Shown here piece after piece: positions 57,215 through 64,000 of a stretch of 64,000 bases of DNA. The stretch lies in assembly GCA_963776245.1 (NCBI GenBank), contig CAVZLN010000003.1, positions 800,001-864,000 of the forward strand. Reading direction: 5' to 3'. Origin of the DNA: Candidatus Eiseniibacteriota bacterium (GTDB lineage Bacteria > Eisenbacteria > RBG-16-71-46). Below the pieces are notes generated by a model. The model was given only the letters and a program-made list of their open reading frames with translations. It did no database searches and had not been told where the DNA came from. The first letter of the stretch is position 1. Each line of letters starts with the position of its first letter. A program made the position numbers and the translations under genes.

Positions 57215-58381
57215 CTACATCCCGCGCAGCGTCCTCGCGATCGGCTGGCGGGCGGCGCGGAGCGAGGGGAGGAAGCCGCCGATCACGCCGAGCAGCGCGG
57301 CGAAGATCAGGCCGCCCACGAGCTCGGGCGGGCCGACGCGGAAGGCGAAGGCGGACTCGCTGAACGACGAGAAGTTGGTGGTACTGGTGGTGATGCCGTT
57401 GATCGGCAGCGCGAACAGGCAGCCGAGCACGCCACCCAGCAGCGCGATGAGCACCGACTCCACCATGAACGACACCATGATCGCGAAGGGGCTGAATCCC
57501 AGCACCAGCAGCGTGGCGATCTCGCGGGTGCGCGCACCGACCGCGGCGAACATGGTGTTCATCGCACCGAAGACGGCGCCCACGCCCATCACCAGCGTGA
57601 TGAAGATGCCGAGGCCCCGGATCAGGTTGGCGAGCAGCTCGGACTGGCGCGCGTACCAGTCGGACTCGGTGTAGACATCGACGCCGATGCGCGGATCGTT
57701 CTCGATCCGCCGCTTGAGCTGGGCGAAGCGCGCCGGGTCCTTCATGCGGAAGGTCACGCTCTGGAACACCTCGCCGCGGAACACCGGCATGAGCACGGCG
57801 TTGTCCCCCCAGATCTCGGACTCGAACGAGGCGCCGGCGGCGCTGAAGTGCCCGACCACGGTGAAGTCGCGCTGGCCGAAGCGCATCGTGCCGCCCACCT
57901 CGCAGCCGCCGAAGCGCGGCGCCACCCGCTCGCCGACGACGATCTCGGCGGTGCCGGGCGCGAACATCCGCCCTTCGGTGATCTTCACGCCGCTGCGCAG
58001 CGCCAGCGCGGCGGGGTCGATGCCGCGGACGGTCAGGTTGGAGTTCCCGCTCAGGCCGCGGCGCGGGCGGTTGTTGACCACCACCACCTCGGGGCTCGCC
58101 AGCGGGCGGCCGCCGGGCCCGGCCGCCACGTCGGGCAGGGCGGCGATGATGTTGGCCGCGTCGCGGGTCACGCCGCTGGAGATCTCGCCGTCGGCGCCCT
58201 TGCGCACGCAGAATGCGTTGCGCGGGTCGCCGCTGCGCTTCATCGCCTGCTGGAAGCCCGCGGCGAGCGCCAGCGCGCCGATCAGGATGGACACGGTGAG
58301 CGCCACGCCGACCGCGGTGGTCAGCGTCGAGACCGGCCGCTGGACGATGTTGCGGAGGTTGTAGGACAGGGGCAGCGCCAT
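57215..58381 (-). CDS. ABC transporter permease (MacB/FtsX family)
   Basis: TM1, periplasmic domain, NTMFAAVGARTREIATL...LGF. Confidence 0.92.
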   Translation of the reverse strand: MALPLSYNLRNIVQRPVSTLTTAVGVALTVSILIGALALAAGFQQAMKRSGDPRNAFCVRKGADGEISSGVTRDAANIIAALPDVAAGPGGRPLASPEVVVVNNRPRRGLSGNSNLTVRGIDPAALALRSGVKITEGRMFAPGTAEIVVGERVAPRFGGCEVGGTMRFGQRDFTVVGHFSAAGASFESEIWGDNAVLMPVFRGEVFQSVTFRMKDPARFAQLKRRIENDPRIGVDVYTESDWYARQSELLANLIRGLGIFITLVMGVGAVFGAMNTMFAAVGARTREIATLLVLGFSPFAIMVSFMVESVLIALLGGVLGCLFALPINGITTSTTNFSSFSESAFAFRVGPPELVGGLIFAALLGVIGGFLPSLRAARQPIARTLRGM

Positions 58382-58394
58382 CGTCGGTCTCCGC

Positions 58395-59591
58395 TCAGTC
58401 CACGCGCCGCAGCGCGTCGACGATGGACAGGCGCGAGGCCTGCCAGGCCGGGATGAGCCCGCTCACCGCGCCCATCAGGAGCGCCATGGCGATGCCGGTG
58501 GACACGGTGGACCAGTACACGCTCATCGGCGGCAGGAAGCCGCCGAAATTGAACCCCGACCCCTCGATCGCGAACTTCGCCAGCAGCGAGCCGGCGACCC
58601 CGCCCCCGAGCGTGATGAACGCCGCCTCGAGCAGCACGATCCGGAAGATCGTGCCGTCCGCGAAACCCAGCGTCTTCATCACGCCCACCTCGCTGGTGCG
58701 CTCGCGCACCGCCATCACCATGGTGTTGGCCGCCACCAGCAGGATCGCGAAGACGATGGCGAGCCCGATCACCTTGATGACGAAGGGCAGGTTGCCGTAC
58801 CACGACACGAAGCCGGCCTGGAACGCCTTCTCGGTCTCGGTGTGGGTGGCGGCCGAGGAGTTCACGAACATCGCGTCCACCTGGCTGGCGACGTCGGCCG
58901 CGCGCTGCGGGTCCGTGAGCTCGAGGATGAACAGCCCGACCAGCGACTGGCCGCCCATGCCCTTCTGGTCGAGATAGCGGAAGTGGAAGAAGAAGCTCTC
59001 GTCACCGACGCCCCGGTTCTTCGGGCGGTACACCGCGCGGATGGTGAACGGCCAGGAGCCGGTGTAGATCGTGCCGTTGAGCGAGATGGTCTGGCCCAGC
59101 TTCCAGCCCATGCGCTGGAACAGTTTCTCGCCCACCACGCACGCGGTCTGCTCCTCCATGAAGGCGGCGAGCTTGGGATCCACCCCGGGCGCCAGCGCCG
59201 CGCCGGTCAGCGGCGGCGAAGCGGCCACGATCTCCACATCGCGCGCGTACATCGGGAAGAAGGTCTCGGCGTCCACCGCGAACTGGGCGAAGAAGTTCCT
59301 CGGGTTCACCGGGTCCTGCCCGCCGAACCAGCTCTGCACGCTGGTGCTCTTCACCCCCGGGAGCGCCGCGATGCGCTGGCGATAGGACATCGGGAGCGGG
59401 AACACCAGCGAGATGGCGTTGCGGGTCACGATGCGCTGCTCGCTGCCGACCTTGATGGACTCCTGCAGCGTGTCGAGCACGCCGAACAGCGCGCAGAACA
59501 GGAACAGCGCCACGGTCACGCTCAGGAACGTGAGCGTGGTGCGCAGCTTGTTCCGGCCGAGATTGACGAAGGTGAGGAACAGAAGGTTCAC
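58395..59591 (-). CDS. ABC transporter permease (MacB/FtsX family)
   Basis: [47 protein letters not shown]. Confidence 0.92.
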   Translation of the reverse strand: MNLLFLTFVNLGRNKLRTTLTFLSVTVALFLFCALFGVLDTLQESIKVGSEQRIVTRNAISLVFPLPMSYRQRIAALPGVKSTSVQSWFGGQDPVNPRNFFAQFAVDAETFFPMYARDVEIVAASPPLTGAALAPGVDPKLAAFMEEQTACVVGEKLFQRMGWKLGQTISLNGTIYTGSWPFTIRAVYRPKNRGVGDESFFFHFRYLDQKGMGGQSLVGLFILELTDPQRAADVASQVDAMFVNSSAATHTETEKAFQAGFVSWYGNLPFVIKVIGLAIVFAILLVAANTMVMAVRERTSEVGVMKTLGFADGTIFRIVLLEAAFITLGGGVAGSLLAKFAIEGSGFNFGGFLPPMSVYWSTVSTGIAMALLMGAVSGLIPAWQASRLSIVDALRRVD

Positions 59592-59607
59592 GCGTGGCCC
59601 CCGGTCC

Positions 59608-60279
59608 TCAGTTGGAGAGGTCGCCCTTGTCGAGATGGAGCACGCGGTGCGCGCGCTCGGCGGCGTGCGGGTCGTGCGTCACCATGACGATGGTCTTCTT
59701 GAACTCGCGGTTGAGCCGGTCGATGAGGTCGAGGATCTCGGCCGCGCTCCTGCGGTCGAGGTCGCCGGTGGGCTCGTCGGCGAGCAGCACGGCCGGGTCG
59801 CTCACGAACGCGCGGGCGATCGCCACGCGCTGCTCCTGCCCGCCCGAGAGCTGGCGCGGATAATGGCCCACGCGATCGGCCAGGCCCACCAGTTCAAGCG
59901 CGGTCCGCGCCCGCCGGCGCCGCTCGGCGCCGCTCATCCGCACCAGCATCAGCGGCAGCTCGACGTTCTGGAGCGCGGTGAGGACCGGGACGAGGTTGTA
60001 GAGCTGGAAGATGAAGCCGATGTTCTCGGACCGCCACTTCGCCAGCCGGCGCCCGCGCAGTTGCGAGATGTCGGTGCCGCCCACCAACAGCTCGCCGGCA
60101 GTCGGCGTGTCGATGCCGCCGATCAGATTGAGGAGCGTGGTCTTGCCGGAGCCCGACGGCCCCATGAGCGCCACGAATTCCCCGTCGGCGATGTCGAGCG
60201 TGATCCCATCGAGCACCGGCACCTGCTGCCGGTCGCGCGAGTAGACCTTGCGCACGTCACGCAACTGGACCGAAGCCAT
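59608..60279 (-). CDS. ABC transporter ATP-binding protein (LolD/MacB-like)
   Basis: [29 protein letters not shown]. Confidence 0.95.
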   Translation of the reverse strand: MASVQLRDVRKVYSRDRQQVPVLDGITLDIADGEFVALMGPSGSGKTTLLNLIGGIDTPTAGELLVGGTDISQLRGRRLAKWRSENIGFIFQLYNLVPVLTALQNVELPLMLVRMSGAERRRRARTALELVGLADRVGHYPRQLSGGQEQRVAIARAFVSDPAVLLADEPTGDLDRRSAAEILDLIDRLNREFKKTIVMVTHDPHAAERAHRVLHLDKGDLSN

Positions 60280-60290
60280 CGCGGGTTCTC

Positions 60291-61481
60291 CTAGGAGGAC
60301 GAGAGGACGCGCACGCGCGCGCCGGACTTGAGACCGGGAGGCGGCTGGAGCACCACCTGCTCGCCGCCGTCGAGTCCGCGGCGCACTTCGACGTCGGCAT
60401 CGCGCGCGGGACCGAGTTCCACGGGGAGCGCGCGCGCCACCCCGTCCTTCACCACCCACACCCGGGCCTGGTCCCCTGCGCCGACGATCGCGGCCGCGGG
60501 CACCCGCACGCGCCGGGGCGCCAGGGCGAGCGGGGCGCCCTCGTCCCGCGCGAACGTCACCTTGGCTCCCATCTCGGGTAGGATGCGCGAGTCCCGGTCG
60601 AGGATCGAGACCTTCACCTGCACGGTCGCCTTCTGGCGATCGGCGGTGGGCACCACCTGGCGCACCCGCGCGGCGAACGAGGTGTCGGGGTAGGCGTCGA
60701 GGGTCACCCGCGCGCCCTGCCCGTTGCGGATGCGCGCGATGTACGCCTCGCTGACGTCCACCTCGACCTCGAGCGTGCCGAGGTCGGCCATGGTGACGAT
60801 CGCGGTGCGCGTGAGCCCGCCGCCGGCGGACGATGGGGCGACGATCTCGCCCACCTCGGCGTCCTTGCGCAGCACCGTGCCGTCGAACGGCGCACGGATG
60901 AGCGTGTTCTCGAGGTTCGCGGCCGCCAGCCCGGTCTGGGCCTTCGCGCTCTGGAGCTGGGCGGCGAGGCCGTCCACGCGCGCCTGCGCGTTCTCGAGAT
61001 CGGCGTCCGAGGAGAGGTCCCCCGCCCGCAGCACCTTCGCCCGCGCGAGGTCGCGCCGCGCCTGCCCGAGCTGCACGTCGAACTGGACCTCGACGGCGCG
61101 CGCCACGCGCAGCGCGGCCTGGTAGTCGGCGCCCTCGATGGTGGCGATGACCTCGCCGCGCCTCACCCGTGAGCCCTCGTGGACCGCGATCGAGGCGAGG
61201 CGGCCGAGGATCTTGGCCGAGACCGAGGCGCGCGTGCGGGCCACCACGTACCCGTTGGCCGTGATGCCCTCGCCCGACGCCGAGCCGGCGCCGCCGGTGG
61301 CCTCGGCGGTCGCCACCTTCACCTCGATCGGCCGCGGTCGCAGCACCGTGAACCAGGCGAGCGCCGCGAGCGCGAGCACCGCGGGAATCGCCCACAGCGC
61401 GATCCGCCCGGGGCCGCCACCCGGCGGAACGGGCGCGCGACGGTCGATGCGCAGGCTGGAGAGATCGGAGGCGGAGGTCAT
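60291..61481 (-). CDS. Periplasmic adaptor (membrane fusion protein, MacA-like)
   Basis: N-terminal [30 protein letters not shown]; upstream TTGACC-N18-TAGCCT. Confidence 0.92.
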   Translation of the reverse strand: MTSASDLSSLRIDRRAPVPPGGGPGRIALWAIPAVLALAALAWFTVLRPRPIEVKVATAEATGGAGSASGEGITANGYVVARTRASVSAKILGRLASIAVHEGSRVRRGEVIATIEGADYQAALRVARAVEVQFDVQLGQARRDLARAKVLRAGDLSSDADLENAQARVDGLAAQLQSAKAQTGLAAANLENTLIRAPFDGTVLRKDAEVGEIVAPSSAGGGLTRTAIVTMADLGTLEVEVDVSEAYIARIRNGQGARVTLDAYPDTSFAARVRQVVPTADRQKATVQVKVSILDRDSRILPEMGAKVTFARDEGAPLALAPRRVRVPAAAIVGAGDQARVWVVKDGVARALPVELGPARDADVEVRRGLDGGEQVVLQPPPGLKSGARVRVLSSS

Positions 61482-61700
61482 GGACTCGATGGGTTGGAGA
61501 GAGGGCGGAGGCTATGCCGCGGCCGCGCAGGAGGTCAAGGTCCTCCTGCTCGGGCATCCGGGCCGCCCGATCCCCGGGTCGCGCTCCCAACCGCAGTCCG
61601 CGTGTTGCGACGGCCCGCGCGACCCACTAGACTTCCGGCCCGCTCCGCTCCTGCAGGCCGCCTGGTGCGGCCCGATCGACTGGCTTCCCGGAGGACCCCC

Positions 61701-61937
61701 ATGCCGTTCGTCATCGCCGAGCCCTGCATCGGTGTGAAGGACAAGTCGTGCGTCGAGGTGTGCCCCGTCAATTGCATCTACGAGGGCGAGGACATGTTCT
61801 ACATCCACCCCGACGAGTGCATCGACTGCCAGGCGTGCGAAGCGGCCTGCCCGGTGCAGGCGATCTTCCCCGACAACGGAGTGCCCGAGAAATGGCACGC
61901 GTTCATCGAGAAGAACCGCGCCTTCTTCGACAAGTAG
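61701..61937 (+). CDS. fdxA: 7Fe-type ferredoxin ([3Fe-4S][4Fe-4S])
   Basis: [18 protein letters not shown]...[25 protein letters not shown]. Confidence 0.92.
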   Translation: MPFVIAEPCIGVKDKSCVEVCPVNCIYEGEDMFYIHPDECIDCQACEAACPVQAIFPDNGVPEKWHAFIEKNRAFFDK

Positions 61938-62004
61938 CCCGCTGGCGAGGCAACCATGGACGGCGCCGCGCGGCGCCACCCCGCGCGCTCCGGGAGGACG
62001 CATC

Positions 62005-62574
62005 GTGAGCCCCGACGCCGTGCCCACGCGCGCGCAGGCCATCGACCTGCTCCACGCGTGGATCGAGAACGTCAACCTGCGCAAGCACTGCTACGCGGTC
62101 GAGGCGGCGATGCGCGCCCAGGCGCGGGCCCGCGGCGAGGACGAGGAACGCTGGGGCCTCACCGGGCTCATCCACGACTTCGACTGGGAGCGGCATCCCG
62201 ACCTCGAGCGGCACCCGGTGCAGGGCGTGGCGATCCTGCGCGAGCAGGGCTGGCCCGAGGATGTGTGTCGCGCGGTGCTCGGGCACGCCAGCCACACCGG
62301 CGTGCCGCGCGACACGCCGATGGCGAAAGCGCTCTACGCCTGCGATGAACTCTCCGGGTTCCTGGTGGCCTGCGCGCTGATCACGCCGTCGAAGACCCTC
62401 GCCGAGGTCGAGGTGGCGTCGGTGAGGAAGAAGATGAAGCGCGCCGACTTCGCCCGCAACGTGAACCGCGACGAGATCGTGCAGGGCGCGGCCGAACTCG
62501 GGGTGGAGCTCGACGCCCACATCGCGTTCGTGCTCGGGGCGATGCGCGGCATCGCGGGCGAGCTGGGGCTTTGA
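62005..62574 (+). CDS. HD-domain (HDIG) metal-dependent phosphohydrolase
   Basis: LRKHCYAVE, GLIHDFDWE, ACDELSG, FARNVNRD. Confidence 0.9.
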   Translation: MSPDAVPTRAQAIDLLHAWIENVNLRKHCYAVEAAMRAQARARGEDEERWGLTGLIHDFDWERHPDLERHPVQGVAILREQGWPEDVCRAVLGHASHTGVPRDTPMAKALYACDELSGFLVACALITPSKTLAEVEVASVRKKMKRADFARNVNRDEIVQGAAELGVELDAHIAFVLGAMRGIAGELGL

Positions 62575-62893
62575 TCCCGGGAGCGCGCGCCGGTCACGCG
62601 ATCCGGGGCATGGGGACGGCGCCTGACCGTGCTTCGTGCACGTCCCGGCGCCGGCGCCCTTCGGTGCTTCCGGCCGGCAGTCCCCCTCAGAGGTTCCGCT
62701 CTCGGCCGCGCCCACTGGATCGGTGGGCGGTGTGCACGCCGGGGACCTCGTTGCGCCCCGCGACGTCGACTACCATTTCACTCCCGCCGGTGACGCGCGT
62801 CAACCCCGTTCTCCGCCCGCGACGGCAGCGCCGGGGCCGGCCGGGCCAGCGGGCCGCCGTGCCGCCCGCGCGGGCGGTCCGCCCGGGGCCCGC

Positions 62894-63454
62894 ATGCCTT
62901 TGAAGTCCCTCGACGTGTGGCGCACCGAGCGCCTGGTCCTCGAGCGCGTGCGCGCCGAGGACCTCGCCGACCTGTGCCGCATGCACCAGGACCCCGAGCT
63001 GATGGCCTCGCTCGGCGGTCTGCGCACGGAGGACGACACCCGCCGCTACCTCGACGAGCAGCTCGGGCACTGGGCGGCACACCACTTCGGCCTCTGGATG
63101 GTGCGGAACGCGGCGACCGGGCGTCTCGCGGGCCGTGGCGGGCTGCGTCTCACCGCGATCGGCGGACGCGCCGAGACCGAGATGGCGTACGCGCTGGTGC
63201 CCGAGGCCTGGGGCCGCGGCCTGGCGACCGAGCTGGCCCGGGCATGCGCGCGCGCGGCGTTCGACATGCTCGAGCGCGCCGACCTCGTGGCCTACACGCG
63301 CCCGGACAACCGCGCGTCGCGGCGCGTGATGGAGAAGGTCGGCTTCCTCCACGATCGCGACTTCGTCCATCGGGGCCTGCCGCACGTGCTCTACCGGCTC
63401 ACCGCCACCGCGTGGAGCGCCGCCGGGCAGCGGGCCGGGGAGCGCGGCGCGTAG
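62894..63454 (+). CDS. GNAT (RimJ/RimL-like) N-acetyltransferase
   Basis: TERLVL, WGRGLATE, NRASRRVMEKVGF. Confidence 0.88.
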   Translation: MPLKSLDVWRTERLVLERVRAEDLADLCRMHQDPELMASLGGLRTEDDTRRYLDEQLGHWAAHHFGLWMVRNAATGRLAGRGGLRLTAIGGRAETEMAYALVPEAWGRGLATELARACARAAFDMLERADLVAYTRPDNRASRRVMEKVGFLHDRDFVHRGLPHVLYRLTATAWSAAGQRAGERGA

Positions 63455-63472
63455 GGCGTCGCCTCCGGGCGC

Positions 63473-64000
63473 TCAGGCCGCTCCCACGCGGGGCCCGGCT
63501 CGCCCGCCGCGCGAGACCCCCGGCACCCCGCCGCGCGCGTCCACGCTCCACGCGCGCTCGACGTTCACCGTGAGCGCGCCGAGCGTGTCCTCGACGCGGC
63601 CCTCCACGCGCACGATCTCGCCGCGCGCCGCGGCGCCGTGCGCGCGGCAGATGGCGGGGAACATCACGCACTCGGCGAGCCCGCCGCGGTCGGCGAGGGT
63701 GAGGAACAGCATGGTCCCGCCGCCGCGCGTCTCGACGCGCCGGGTCGCGCACGGCAGCCCGGCCAGTGTCACGCGCCGTCCGGCGTGGGCGGCGAGATCG
63801 GCGGCCGGCACGGTGCCGGAGAGCGCCGCGGGCGGCACCAGCACGTCGAGCGGGTGCGCGCTGAACCACAGCCCGGTGGCGCGCAGCTCGCCCCGCACGC
63901 GCTCCGCCGCGTCGAACTCCGGCAGCGCGGGCAGCCCGGGCGGCGCGGCGGCGGGCGCGAACGGCTCGCCCGCGGGGCCGGCGAGCGCCGGCGTCCGCGC
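63473..64000 (-). CDS. C-terminal part of DNA polymerase III alpha subunit (probably error-prone DnaE2 type); 5' end outside the window
   Basis: E...TGLWFSAHPL and OB-fold GTMLFLTLADRGGLAECVMFP. Confidence 0.78.
   Translation of the reverse strand, partial: ARTPALAGPAGEPFAPAAAPPGLPALPEFDAAERVRGELRATGLWFSAHPLDVLVPPAALSGTVPAADLAAHAGRRVTLAGLPCATRRVETRGGGTMLFLTLADRGGLAECVMFPAICRAHGAAARGEIVRVEGRVEDTLGALTVNVERAWSVDARGGVPGVSRGGRAGPRVGAA

Noticed and set aside
62575..62893. 320-bp intergenic region as a riboswitch or small gene
   Set aside because: No recognisable aptamer motif, strong stems or credible ORF.

Overview
Very GC-rich bacterial chromosomal window (roughly 70-75% GC by eye), densely coding, with about 55 genes. 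I found no rRNA, tRNA, CRISPR array or mobile element. Secreted proteins with FlgD/T9SS-like C-terminal domains and a T-[WF]-G-x-x-K-x-x-Y-R tail suggest an FCB-affiliated candidate phylum such as Ca. Eisenbacteria (inference). Recognisable housekeeping and metabolic genes: SPFH+Arc pair, atuA-like, bioY, 3-hydroxyacyl-CoA dehydrogenase, ALDH, arsM, enoyl-CoA hydratase, ispH, AhpD/SOD/bcp, tnaA, moaDE, queG, ETF-QO, trxB, nnrS, a MacAB-type ABC exporter, ferredoxin and a dnaE 3' end. The most notable modules are: (1) a surface-anchored TPR-CHAT (caspase-like) protease with an ECF sigma and a zinc anti-sigma, where the same bipartite motif GTGTGATTC-N13-GCCTCYGT precedes both the sigma gene and the divergent secreted beta-propeller gene; (2) a translationally coupled operon of a cytochrome-c-fused CydA-like pair, a NuoE/F fusion and a Mo/W formate dehydrogenase; (3) a NarL-type two-component system with tandem 7-2-7 boxes upstream of a TonB receptor and two secreted proteins; (4) an FG-GAP-repeat histidine kinase paired with an NtrC-like regulator that lacks most of its AAA+ core; (5) enzymes carrying histone-H1-like tails; (6) a promoter-associated structured ncRNA candidate divergent from tnaA. 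Five genes carry single-base frameshifts, most likely sequencing or assembly indels. All calls come from motif recognition by eye; no database searches were run.
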